Source: Candidatus Dojkabacteria bacterium UBA2259 (GTDB lineage Bacteria > Patescibacteriota > Dojkabacteria > SC72). Taken from it: a DNA stretch of 55,105 bases. This document shows positions 45,010 to 54,106 of the stretch, one piece after another. Made by a program: the position numbers and the translations under genes. Position 1 is the stretch's first letter; every line of letters begins with the position of its first letter. The notes under the pieces are model-generated. The model saw only the letters and a program-made list of their open reading frames with translations. It was not told where the DNA came from and made no database searches. The stretch covers positions 1 to 55,105 of the forward strand of contig DDXN01000013.1 of the NCBI GenBank assembly GCA_002347605.1, given 5' to 3'.

Positions 45010-45381
45010 ATGACAAGTAAAGAAAGAGTAGCTGTTCTCGCTATATTCATATCAGTTTTGGGATTCTCGTTTGTTGCAGCTCTAAAACCTGTAATGATTA
45101 GCTATGCAATCAAAAGTCGAGATTCCATTTCCTCTTACAGTATTGAAAATCAAAAAACTCAATTAAAGACTCTTCACTATGGATTAGAAAACGCATCATC
45201 CAATATGGTTGATATGTTAAGTGAGGTGTTAGAAATATCTAAAGAAGATATATTACTTTCACTTAAGGGTGGTAGTAAGCCAAGTGAGTTACTACTAAGT
45301 TCAGGTATACTTCTTTCTGATTTGTCACAGGAGTATTCTTTCGATATTGTAGGTGAGAGTTTAGTTAGATTTAGAGCGTAA
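45010..45381 (+). CDS. Hypothetical membrane-anchored protein
   Basis: 123 aa with one N-terminal TM segment. A strong terminator follows. Confidence 0.5.
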   Translation: MTSKERVAVLAIFISVLGFSFVAALKPVMISYAIKSRDSISSYSIENQKTQLKTLHYGLENASSNMVDMLSEVLEISKEDILLSLKGGSKPSELLLSSGILLSDLSQEYSFDIVGESLVRFRA

Positions 45382-45452
45382 AACTTGATATTATTGCTAA
45401 AATATAGTATAGTATAACTAGATACAATGCCTTGCGTTTAACAACGAATTAC

Positions 45453-45476
45453 AACCGGCCATCAAGCCGGTTTTTT
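45453..45476 (+). terminator. Rho-independent terminator
   Basis: AACCGGC / GCCGGTT is a 7-bp stem with a 6-nt loop, followed by TTTT. Confidence 0.75.
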
Positions 45477-45502
45477 GTTCTTTAAAATTACTGCCTAGTA
45501 AC

Positions 45503-45531
45503 CTTTGTACTAGTTGATCGCTAGTACAAAG
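45503..45531. repeat. Perfect 11-bp inverted repeat (operator-like palindrome)
   Basis: CTTTGTACTAG-ttgatcg-CTAGTACAAAG. No flanking T-run on either strand. Confidence 0.6.
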
Positions 45532-45561
45532 TACTAAAGAAGAGACGTTTTCTTTAGTCTA

Positions 45562-45634
45562 AACTGTTGGACGGTGTGAGGATACTCCACTGCATGGAGT
45601 TTGTGTGTAGACACAACTCCATACTCCAACAGTT
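45562..45634 (+). other. Structured intergenic element upstream of the ferredoxin gene (candidate leader RNA/ncRNA)
   Basis: A 10-bp closing stem AACTGTTGGA/TCCAACAGTT encloses two mutually exclusive hairpins that share TGGAGT (45595-45600). ACTCCA occurs three times. Confidence 0.4.
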
Positions 45635-45691
45635 GCAATATATCTTCATTTCTGAAAAAATGGGAGATATATAATTTGAGGAGATAAATAA

Positions 45692-45895
45692 ATGAAAGTC
45701 TCAATAGATCATAGTAAGTGTGTATCATGTGGTTCATGCGTTGCAATCTGTCCAGAGGTATTTGAAATGAAAGAAGATGGAACAGTTAATGTTAAAGATG
45801 AGTTTAAAGAGAAGAATATTCCAAAGGAGTTAGAGAGTAAGGCAAGGGAGGCACACGATATGTGTCCTGCAACTGCAATTGTAATTGTAGAGTAA
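45692..45895 (+). CDS. Small ferredoxin (single Fe-S cluster type)
   Basis: 67 aa, CVSCGSCVAICP ... CP. A GAGGAG SD lies 8 nt upstream. Confidence 0.85.
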   Translation: MKVSIDHSKCVSCGSCVAICPEVFEMKEDGTVNVKDEFKEKNIPKELESKAREAHDMCPATAIVIVE

Positions 45896-45900
45896 ATATT

Positions 45901-46482
45901 ATGGACGAAAAAATATTGTGTATAAAAGAGAATGTTTTGTTTGAGAGTGAGAAATGGAATGGGTTAATGACTTCCGAAAAAGAGAAATATCTTACCCTTT
46001 TTAAAGAGAAAGGGGAGTTTAGAGCCAGAAAGGATTTAGAGAATGATCCATCATACAAACAGGTCATTGCACAGGTTATACTAAGATACAAAGACAAGTA
46101 TTTTTTACATAGACAGGTAAAGAAGAATGAAGAGAGATTAAACTCTTTGTGTCCATTGCCTTTAGGAGGACATATTGAGAAGTTTGATCTATCTAAGGGA
46201 AATGATATCTTAGAAACTGCACTAGAAAGAGAATTACACGAAGAGGTGGCGCTTGGAAGTAATGTATTAAAGAAAACATATTTGGGGTTAATATATATTG
46301 AAGACGAGAATCCTGTTAACTTAGTACATGTTGGTTTTGTATATGTATTTGATTTAGATGGAAATGACGTCCATGTAAAGGAGGATGGTTTAGAGGATAT
46401 AGGGTTTGTTAGTTTAGATTACTTAAAAACAAATACAGAAAAACTTACATATTGGAGTAGAATAATAATTTATCATTTGTAA
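45901..46482 (+). CDS. NUDIX hydrolase family protein
   Basis: Nudix box GGHIEKF...(N)...ALERELHEEVAL. ATG at 45901 is preferred over the ORF-track start at 45862, which overlaps the ferredoxin gene. Confidence 0.72.
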   Translation: MDEKILCIKENVLFESEKWNGLMTSEKEKYLTLFKEKGEFRARKDLENDPSYKQVIAQVILRYKDKYFLHRQVKKNEERLNSLCPLPLGGHIEKFDLSKGNDILETALERELHEEVALGSNVLKKTYLGLIYIEDENPVNLVHVGFVYVFDLDGNDVHVKEDGLEDIGFVSLDYLKTNTEKLTYWSRIIIYHL

Positions 46483-46486
46483 ACAT

Positions 46487-46900
46487 ATGGATGATTGTAT
46501 ATTTTGTAAGATTGTTAAAGGAGAGATTCCTTCATACAAGATATATGAGGATGATGAGTTTTTAGCCTTTTTAGATATTTCTAAATTCACAAGGGGTCAT
46601 ACTCTAGTAATACCTAAAAAGCATTACAGATTTGTATGGGATGTTGAAAATATACAAGGGTATGCCAAAGCTGTAAAAAAAGTATGTGAACATTTCAGCA
46701 AGGATTTAGGATACAAGTATGTAGATACATTATCTTTTGGAAGAATGGTTCCACACGCCCATATACATCTGGTGCCACATAACAATGGAGAGGGTGGTTG
46801 GGAAGAGGCTCTTACAAGTATTGGTAAAATGCAGCTTGACGAAACGAGGAGATTAACACCACAGGAGGGAGAGAGGGTAGCAAAAGAGTTTAAACTTTAG
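46487..46900 (+). CDS. HIT-family (histidine triad) protein
   Basis: CIFCKIVKGEIPSYKIYEDDEFLAFLD and the HAHIHLVPH triad. Confidence 0.88.
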   Translation: MDDCIFCKIVKGEIPSYKIYEDDEFLAFLDISKFTRGHTLVIPKKHYRFVWDVENIQGYAKAVKKVCEHFSKDLGYKYVDTLSFGRMVPHAHIHLVPHNNGEGGWEEALTSIGKMQLDETRRLTPQEGERVAKEFKL

Positions 46901-46904
46901 TAGT

Positions 46905-47735
46905 TTAGGAATTAAAAAACTCTAGTATTTCTTGAGAGTATTCTGTATCGATATCGAAATGAGTTTTACCTTCTAATGTAATAAATTCAATAGGTATACC
47001 ATATCCACTTAGTTTTTTTACAAATGAGACAGAGTAAGAGTAAGGGACATTTACATCCCTGTTTCCATGCCATAGTTTAATATCCATATCTGACAGCTTA
47101 TCTGCTCTTGTTTGATTCCATTCAGATGATTTTACAGTTGGAGCAAGTAAGGCTATCTTTTGGATAATTTCAGGATATGTTGTAGCAAAATTCATAGTTG
47201 GTAAACCACCCATACTAAAACCAATTAAGAATATCTTTGGTTGTATGTTGTAATTTTCTGCTACCCAATTTTTAATATTGATTGTATCTTGTATTGCAGA
47301 TTTACTTCCCCAGTTAACACCGTGTTGGTTAGATGCACTGAATATATAGTTATGGGAAGTAAAGAGTACTGCGTACTGTTGTAAATCTTTCATAAATTGA
47401 TCTTCCATATTCTGTGTAACAGTAGTGTTAGAACCATGACTGTATATTATTAATGTTGGAGGGTTACTAGAATCTATTCTAGTTGGAACAACTACATACG
47501 CTTGTTGTTCATCTATTATTGGGAATAGCTCTTCAAAGAGAGGTCCTTGTGGTATCTCTTCCTCTGGTTTTGGCTCTTCTATCTCTTCTTCAAATTGGGG
47601 TGTAGGTTGTACATCTTGTTTAGGTGTTTTTTTAGAGAGTAGTAAGTAAATGGTAAGGCCTAGAACAAGGAGTAGGAAGATAGTGAGTAGTATTCTTTTT
47701 CTTTTCTGTCTTTTTTGTTTTATGTCTATATGCAT
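46905..47735 (-). CDS. Alpha/beta-hydrolase (esterase-like), membrane-anchored
   Basis: N-terminal TM segment; nucleophile elbow GFSMGG; a late H (GKTHFD). Confidence 0.65.
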   Translation of the reverse strand: MHIDIKQKRQKRKRILLTIFLLLVLGLTIYLLLSKKTPKQDVQPTPQFEEEIEEPKPEEEIPQGPLFEELFPIIDEQQAYVVVPTRIDSSNPPTLIIYSHGSNTTVTQNMEDQFMKDLQQYAVLFTSHNYIFSASNQHGVNWGSKSAIQDTINIKNWVAENYNIQPKIFLIGFSMGGLPTMNFATTYPEIIQKIALLAPTVKSSEWNQTRADKLSDMDIKLWHGNRDVNVPYSYSVSFVKKLSGYGIPIEFITLEGKTHFDIDTEYSQEILEFFNS

Positions 47736-47826
47736 TTCATAATTCTATCATTTTATTGACATATTATTGTATTTAAAATATTATCTTCCATATATTGCCC
47801 ATAATTAATATTTAAATAATATATAT

Positions 47827-48609
47827 ATGCCAAGAGCAAAAAAGAAAATTGAGAAAAAGGTTATGAAAGAAGGGAAAAAGAGTGATGAGATTGTTATAAA
47901 CCTGGATACTGTAGCAATCCCTGGAGCTATTATTATAGCTGGGCTCATAATAGCGGGAGCAATATTTTTGACAAATAGGGAAAGTGCTAAGGGTGTTACT
48001 ACTGATACTACTACTGGTACTCCTACTCCTGTAGCACAGCAAGAGTTTCCAGAAGCTACAACTACAATTGGTAAGAGTCCATATTTAGGAAATATTAAAA
48101 AGGCAAAGGTTGCATTGGTTGAATATACTGATTTTCAATGTCCTTACTGTGCAAGACATGCTACTGAGACTAAGCCTACTATTTTGAAGGATTATGTAGA
48201 TACTGGAAAGATAATATATGTTGTGAGAAATATGCCATTAGATTTTCATGGACAGATAGCTATAGATTCGGCTAATGCAGGGTTGTGTGTTAATGAGATT
48301 GGGGGTGCAGAAAAATACTTTAAATTCTATACCAATGCTTTTTCGAAGACATCTACAGATGAGTTAGCAACTGTTGCAAAAGATTTGGGAATAGATATGA
48401 ATAAATACAATACATGTATGAGTGCAAAGAGATATCAGGATCAGATAGATGCTGATATTGCAGATGGTGGTAAAGCTGGTGTACAGGGTACTCCAGGTTT
48501 TGTCATAGGGGTATTGGATAAGGATGGTAATGTAGAGGGGAAGTTAATTGCTGGTGCGTATCCATACGAATCATTTAAAGCAATTATTGATGAGATGTTA
48601 GACAAGTAA
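47827..48609 (+). CDS. DsbA-family thiol:disulfide oxidoreductase, membrane-anchored
   Basis: TM anchor; TDFQCPYCARH CxxC active site; GTPGFVIG cis-Pro-like loop. Confidence 0.82.
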   Translation: MPRAKKKIEKKVMKEGKKSDEIVINLDTVAIPGAIIIAGLIIAGAIFLTNRESAKGVTTDTTTGTPTPVAQQEFPEATTTIGKSPYLGNIKKAKVALVEYTDFQCPYCARHATETKPTILKDYVDTGKIIYVVRNMPLDFHGQIAIDSANAGLCVNEIGGAEKYFKFYTNAFSKTSTDELATVAKDLGIDMNKYNTCMSAKRYQDQIDADIADGGKAGVQGTPGFVIGVLDKDGNVEGKLIAGAYPYESFKAIIDEMLDK

Positions 48610-48632
48610 AGGGTAGTTTAAGGTAAATGGGA

Positions 48633-48655
48633 GGGAGGCTAAGCCTCCCTTTTTT
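48633..48655. terminator. Hairpin terminator between convergent genes
   Basis: GGGAGGC-taa-GCCTCCC followed by TTTTTT on the + strand. Confidence 0.65.
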
Positions 48656-48661
48656 ATTCCA

Positions 48662-49771
48662 TTATTTCTTGTTACTGTCTTTTGATATTACGATAGCGTC
48701 ATACTTAATTCTTACAGCAGAGCCAATAGTAATAGCTATTAGTGCTAGAGAGTATATACCACTTATGAAAGGAATTAGTCTTAATGTTACAGATATTAAT
48801 CTACCTATGAGTAGGGATATGAATCTTCCATTATCTTTCTGTTTTGTAAGTTGTAATATCTTGTGTCCAATGGCCGACTCTGTCCATACTGTTCCAAAGA
48901 AGGAGAGGAAGAGTAGTATTCCTATTAGTAGGAATGCTAGTGGGGCTCCAACGAATGTAACAATGAGAATGAATATGGGTAGTGGTGCTGCAAATAGTAC
49001 TACTATCCCTATACCAAGGCTTTTTAGGAGATCCTTCCATGAGGATACAATTTTCTTTTCTATTTGTAATGTTTTAACAGGTGCAGAAAGTATTATGAGG
49101 ATACCTACTATGTACATTCCCAAAAAGTTTATGATTGACAGACCGATATTAAATCCTAGGAAATCCTCTGTTGAGAATTTAATAGTTTCTTTTCTCTGTT
49201 TTGGCCATAGCTTACTACTCTCTGTTATTAATTCTCCTTGTATGTCGTTTTCATCGATTGTATTGCCACTGGTTTCTACTAAGAAGTCTCCACCGACAGA
49301 GGCATCTGATACAACTTGTCCAGCACCTACCCTAACATCATCTGCCACTGTACCGCTTAGGTTAAATGTTCCAGCTAGGGCAAATATGTCGTTTGATACA
49401 CTTGCATCAATATTAACCATCATTGCACCTATGTATATGTTTTTTCCATAGGTTCCTGTGATACTTATGTTAGATCCTGCAAATATTGAAGTACCATAGA
49501 TATTTCCAGATACTGAGATTGTTGTTCCAAAGAGGTATGTGTCTCCTGTTACAGTTCCATCAACCATAATGTTTTGTCCAAATACGATTAGGTCTCCGTC
49601 TACAATACCATTTATCTTAATAGTTTCTCCTGAGATATATAGGTCATCTTCTACAATAGATTGGTTATCTAGGGTAAAGTCTCCTGTTTCAAATTGTGCT
49701 GCATGGGTTGGGGTTAGAAAGAGTAAGAACAGGAAAAGGAGGGATACTATCATATATCTTATTTTTAACAT
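48662..49771 (-). CDS. Exported beta-helix repeat (bactofilin/polymer-forming-like) protein with a C-terminal polytopic membrane domain
   Basis: Signal peptide; degenerate repeats G[DT].x[IV].G.V.GD (INGIVDGDLIVFGQNIMVDGTVTGDTYLFGTTISVSGNIYG...); about 4 C-terminal TM helices. Confidence 0.6.
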   Translation of the reverse strand: MLKIRYMIVSLLFLFLLFLTPTHAAQFETGDFTLDNQSIVEDDLYISGETIKINGIVDGDLIVFGQNIMVDGTVTGDTYLFGTTISVSGNIYGTSIFAGSNISITGTYGKNIYIGAMMVNIDASVSNDIFALAGTFNLSGTVADDVRVGAGQVVSDASVGGDFLVETSGNTIDENDIQGELITESSKLWPKQRKETIKFSTEDFLGFNIGLSIINFLGMYIVGILIILSAPVKTLQIEKKIVSSWKDLLKSLGIGIVVLFAAPLPIFILIVTFVGAPLAFLLIGILLFLSFFGTVWTESAIGHKILQLTKQKDNGRFISLLIGRLISVTLRLIPFISGIYSLALIAITIGSAVRIKYDAIVISKDSNKK

Positions 49772-49859
49772 CAGAGTAATATATTAAGTTATATATATTA
49801 ATATAGCATATTCTTTAATCTTTTGGTTAGTTTTTTCCTATCCAAGTGTGTATAATCTT

Positions 49860-50723
49860 ATGATGAGAATTTTAATAGTTATAGTCAACTACAATGGTAT
49901 AAGCTTACTTAAGAAAAATCTTACATCTGTGGTTAATACTCAGTACAAAGATTTCGATATCGTTGTAGTTGATAATGCATCTACTGATTTAAGTGTGCAG
50001 TATTTAGAGAAAGAATTTCCATCAGTAAAGATAGTTCAAAGTTCAAATAATTTAGGTTTTGGTAGGGGTAATAATTTAGGAGTGTCTAAATATCCTGAAT
50101 ATGATGCATATCTTTTTTTAAATAATGATGTTTCAGTACCAAGTGATTCCTTAAAGAAATTAGTTGATACCTTAGAAAATGACCCAAAGATAGGGGCTGT
50201 AGGACCAAAAGTTTTGTATTCAAAAAAGAAAGAAAATAGATATATTATTAATTCAGCAGGCATTGAGATAGATAGACACTATTTAGCATATGATAGATAT
50301 GATAAACAAGAGGATAATGTGAAATATGATGTAATAGAGGAGGTTGATGCAATTATGGGAGGAGCGTTCTTAGTTAAAAGAGAGGTGTTTGAGAAAACAG
50401 GGGGATTTAATCCAAATATGTTTCTTTATTATGAGGATATAGATCTGTCACTTAGGATTAGAGATTTAGGATACAAGATATTCTATTGTGGGAAGAGTCG
50501 TGTATACCATGATCATATGGCATCTTCTCGTAAGTTGAGTGTAAGGAGAAGAAATATTATGAATATGTGTAATAGATTTAGGAGTATGAAAGGAAGATTA
50601 GGGTTGGGGGTAGCAATTAGAGAAACAATTTGGTATCTTGGTAATTGGTTTATATGGAAAATGCTATACTCGAATGAGATAACATTATTACAGTTTTTAA
50701 AGAAAGAAGATGAGAGGAAATGA
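49860..50723 (+). CDS. Glycosyltransferase family 2
   Basis: IVIVNYNG, VVDNASTD, LNNDV and GGAFLVKREVF are GT2 motifs. ATG at 49860 is preferred over the GTG at 49848. Confidence 0.85.
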   Translation: MMRILIVIVNYNGISLLKKNLTSVVNTQYKDFDIVVVDNASTDLSVQYLEKEFPSVKIVQSSNNLGFGRGNNLGVSKYPEYDAYLFLNNDVSVPSDSLKKLVDTLENDPKIGAVGPKVLYSKKKENRYIINSAGIEIDRHYLAYDRYDKQEDNVKYDVIEEVDAIMGGAFLVKREVFEKTGGFNPNMFLYYEDIDLSLRIRDLGYKIFYCGKSRVYHDHMASSRKLSVRRRNIMNMCNRFRSMKGRLGLGVAIRETIWYLGNWFIWKMLYSNEITLLQFLKKEDERK

Positions 50724-51483
50724 GCTAGATTTATACAAACAATTTGTTAAGACTATCTTCAAGATGAGATACAGAGGCTCTATATTGGGTTTCTTGTGGG
50801 TACTTCTTAAACCGTTTTTTATGTTTTTAATACTTTTCTCAATCTTCTCTCACTTTGCTGGGGCAGCTGGGAATCTTACCCCTAAGCAGTATGCAGTATA
50901 TCTTCTATCAGGATTAATCATATATACCTTTTTTAACGAGGGTATTACATGGGGAATGAATTCAATAATGGAGAGAGCTGGTTTAATGATTAAGATAAAT
51001 TTCAAAAGAGAGATTGTAGTTATCAGTGCATTAACAATGGCATTGATTAACTTTGGTATTAACTTTTTGATTATTTCAATAATTGCTTTAATACTGGGTA
51101 TTAGTATAACTACTCTTGGTGTAGGATATATTTTTTTAATATGTTTTACAATGTTTCTGGCTATGTATGGAATATCCTTTTTTACTAGTATATGGTTAGT
51201 TTATGTTAGAGATCTTACCCATATTTCAGAATTGGTTTTACAATTAATGTTCTATGCTTCTGCTGTATTCTTTCCAATTACTGCAATTCCACAGAGGTAT
51301 CAATTTATAGTCAAATACAACCCTATTGCAATATATATTCAGGCAGTTAGAGATGCATTAATACTTGGAGAGGTAAATCATTGGAAATTTGTTTTACTTT
51401 CTTTGATTATCTCCGTTATATTAGTGATTGTTGGAAGATTGTATTTTAACAAAAAGATAGTAAAGATAGCTGAGCATTTTTAA
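50710..51483 (+). CDS. ABC-2 type polysaccharide/teichoic-acid export permease (Wzm/TagG-like)
   Basis: 257 aa, 6 TM segments, N-terminal KMRYRGSILGFLWVLLKP. Precedes the ATPase gene. Confidence 0.8.
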   Translation: MRGNELDLYKQFVKTIFKMRYRGSILGFLWVLLKPFFMFLILFSIFSHFAGAAGNLTPKQYAVYLLSGLIIYTFFNEGITWGMNSIMERAGLMIKINFKREIVVISALTMALINFGINFLIISIIALILGISITTLGVGYIFLICFTMFLAMYGISFFTSIWLVYVRDLTHISELVLQLMFYASAVFFPITAIPQRYQFIVKYNPIAIYIQAVRDALILGEVNHWKFVLLSLIISVILVIVGRLYFNKKIVKIAEHF

Positions 51484-51485
51484 AT

Positions 51486-52217
51486 ATGGAAGAGTATGCA
51501 ATTAGCGTAAAAAATGTAAGTAAGACTTTTAAAATTCCCCTAAATGGGCATGCTAATACTTTGCAAGAGAGATTTATTAATCCTTTTAGAAAAAAAGAGT
51601 TTAGAGAGTTTCAAGCATTAAGAGATCTATCTTTTGATATTAGGAAAGGAGAGTTTTTTAGTGTAATTGGATCTAATGGTACTGGTAAATCTACATTGTT
51701 AAAAATAGTGTCTGGAATATATGTTCCTGATCAGGGAGCTGTAAAAATAAATGGTAAATTAGTTCCATTTTTAGAATTAGGGGTTGGATTTAATCCAGAA
51801 TTAACTGCTAAAGAAAATGTGTATCTTAATGGTACTATCTTGGGGTTAACAAAAGCAGAATTGAATGAATATATTGATGAGATATTTCATTTTGCTGAGT
51901 TAAAGGATTTTGCAAATGTACCTACAAAGAATTTTTCTTCTGGTATGGCTGTTAGATTAGCTTTCTCAATTGCTATAAAGGTAAAATCGGATATTTTAGT
52001 ATTGGATGAGGTATTAGCGGTTGGAGATGGTGAGTTTCAAAAGAAGTGTTATGAGTATTTCGATAATATGAAGGGTAAGAAATCTATACTTTATGTATCT
52101 CATGCATTAAATTCGGTTAATAAATATTCGGATAGAGTACTCTGGTTAAAAGAGGATAGGAGTTATGAGATAGGGAGTCCTAAAGAGATTGTTGATAGGT
52201 ATAGTAAAACATTTTAA
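51486..52217 (+). CDS. ABC transporter ATP-binding protein (Wzt/TagH-like)
   Basis: Walker A GSNGTGKST, signature FSSGMAVRL, Walker B ILVLDE. Confidence 0.88.
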   Translation: MEEYAISVKNVSKTFKIPLNGHANTLQERFINPFRKKEFREFQALRDLSFDIRKGEFFSVIGSNGTGKSTLLKIVSGIYVPDQGAVKINGKLVPFLELGVGFNPELTAKENVYLNGTILGLTKAELNEYIDEIFHFAELKDFANVPTKNFSSGMAVRLAFSIAIKVKSDILVLDEVLAVGDGEFQKKCYEYFDNMKGKKSILYVSHALNSVNKYSDRVLWLKEDRSYEIGSPKEIVDRYSKTF

Positions 52218-52228
52218 TATCTGCATAT

Positions 52229-54103
52229 ATGAATTTAGTGGACATCTTTCTTAGAGTTATTCGAAGAAGCCCAATATATTTTTCTCAGTTTAAGAATTTA
52301 GTGAGAAAGAAGGGATTGGTTCCTACACTTAAAAGAGCTATTAAAAAGATATATGTGTCTGTTGTAAGTCGAGGGGATAGTTCAAAGAGAATGAGGATAT
52401 CGTATAGGGAGTGGATGGCTGATATTGAGAGCAAGTATCTTAATGTGGAGAGTATGAATGACGATTTGGCTAAACTTAAGGTTAAACCGAAGTTCTCAAT
52501 AATATTTCCTATATGGAATAAGTCGGTAGGTATGCTTTCTAAGGCGTTAGATTCCATCACTAATCAGGTCTATGATAATTGGGAGATTTGTATATCTGAT
52601 GGTTCTAGTAAGAGGGTAAAAGAGAGTAGAGAGTATTTAAAGAGTTTCCAGAGAAAATATTCTAAGAAGGTAAAATATTCTACTATAGATGTAGAGGGTA
52701 TTAATATTATTGAGAATAGTAATAATGCAGTATCACTTGCTACTGGAGAGTATTTAGTATTTATGGATTGTGATGATGAGATATCTATAAATTGTTTGTT
52801 AGAGTTAGCTAAAAGTATTAATGAAAATCCTCAGGTAGAATTTCTGTATAGTGATTTTGATAAGATAGATGATAGGGGTAAGAGATTTGATCCTTCTTTT
52901 TGGCCTGATTGGTCTCCTCATACATTAACATCACAGATGTATACTACTCATATTACATGCTACAGAGAAGATGGACTTAAGGAGTTAGGTGGGTTAGTTA
53001 AGGGTACAGAGGGAGCTCAGGATTGGGATTTGGTTCTTAGGTATGTAACTAGGGGTAGTTGGAATGTAGTTCATATTCCTAAGATCCTTTATCATTGGAG
53101 AGTTTATCTTGGTTCTACGGCATTAACCAATAGTGGGTCTAAGGATTGGGCATATGAGAATCAGAAGAGGGTTTTAGAGAGGTATTTAGAGAGGAGGAAG
53201 TTAAGGGGAGAGGTAATAGAGGGGGCTTTTGAGGGTAGTTGGAGAGTTAAGTTTGATATTGTTGGTAATCCTAAGGTTAGTATAGTTATTCCTACTAAGG
53301 ACAAGGTTGAGTATTTGGGAAGGGCTATTGAGAGTATTAGAGAGCATACTAAGTATAGTAATTATGAGATTGTTATTGTTAACAATAGGTCACAAGAGAA
53401 AGAGACTTTAGAATATTTAAAGAATATTAGTAGAGAAAAGAATATAAGGGTATTAGATTATGATAATCCTTTTCATTTTGGGAAATTGTATAACTGGGCA
53501 GCTAAGGTGATAGATGGGGAGTATATGTTAATATTAAACAATGATATTAAGGTTTTAAATGATGGTTGGTTAGAATCTATGTTAGAGTGGTGTCAATTAC
53601 CAGAGGTAGGTAGTGTAGGAGCTAAGTTATATTATTCTGATGGTACTATTCAACATGCTGGTGTTATAGTGGGTGCAGGGGGTTGTGCTGCTCATTCTCA
53701 TAGGTTAGTACATGGTAATAGTTATGGGTATAATGGGGCTTTAGTAAATGTAAGGAATTATTTAGCATTAACAGGGGCTTGTTTAATGGTAAAGAGGGAT
53801 GTGTTTTTAGATATGGGTGGTTTTGATATTCAGTTTGATCCTGCTTATCAGGATGTAGATTTTGGTATTAGGTTATTTGAGAAGGGGTTGTATAATGTAT
53901 ATACTCCTTATGCAGAACTTATTCATTACGAATCTATTACTAGGTTTGATGAAGAGTATAAAAGAGATTTAGAGAGTGATGAGAGTAATGCAGAGAAATT
54001 AAAAAAGAAATGGCCTAAATATATTGAATGTATGGGTGGAAGAGATCCGTTTTTTAATCCCAATTTTTCATATGGGTATGAATATTTTAAATTGAAGATT
54101 TAA
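52229..54103 (+). CDS. Two-domain glycosyltransferase (tandem GT2 modules)
   Basis: Two GT2 cores: FSIIFPIWNK...FMDCDDE and VSIVIPTKDK...ILNNDI..GAKLYY. Confidence 0.82.
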   Translation: MNLVDIFLRVIRRSPIYFSQFKNLVRKKGLVPTLKRAIKKIYVSVVSRGDSSKRMRISYREWMADIESKYLNVESMNDDLAKLKVKPKFSIIFPIWNKSVGMLSKALDSITNQVYDNWEICISDGSSKRVKESREYLKSFQRKYSKKVKYSTIDVEGINIIENSNNAVSLATGEYLVFMDCDDEISINCLLELAKSINENPQVEFLYSDFDKIDDRGKRFDPSFWPDWSPHTLTSQMYTTHITCYREDGLKELGGLVKGTEGAQDWDLVLRYVTRGSWNVVHIPKILYHWRVYLGSTALTNSGSKDWAYENQKRVLERYLERRKLRGEVIEGAFEGSWRVKFDIVGNPKVSIVIPTKDKVEYLGRAIESIREHTKYSNYEIVIVNNRSQEKETLEYLKNISREKNIRVLDYDNPFHFGKLYNWAAKVIDGEYMLILNNDIKVLNDGWLESMLEWCQLPEVGSVGAKLYYSDGTIQHAGVIVGAGGCAAHSHRLVHGNSYGYNGALVNVRNYLALTGACLMVKRDVFLDMGGFDIQFDPAYQDVDFGIRLFEKGLYNVYTPYAELIHYESITRFDEEYKRDLESDESNAEKLKKKWPKYIECMGGRDPFFNPNFSYGYEYFKLKI

Positions 54104-54106
54104 AAA

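Noticed and set aside
45670-45675. TATAAT upstream of the ferredoxin gene as its promoter -10
   Set aside because: It lies only 2 nt before the GAGGAG SD, so a transcript starting about 7 nt downstream would lack the SD. There is no matching -35 at 17 +/- 1 nt.
45534-45746. 70-aa minus-strand ORF
   Set aside because: It spans the palindrome-rich intergenic region and the start of the ferredoxin gene. It has no RBS, and the region is better explained as structured non-coding sequence.
48627-49451. 274-aa + strand ORF
   Set aside because: It lies entirely antisense to the beta-helix/membrane gene (48662-49771). It is low-complexity and Ser/Pro/Ile-rich, with no motifs. It also starts inside the terminator hairpin. 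It is a shadow ORF.
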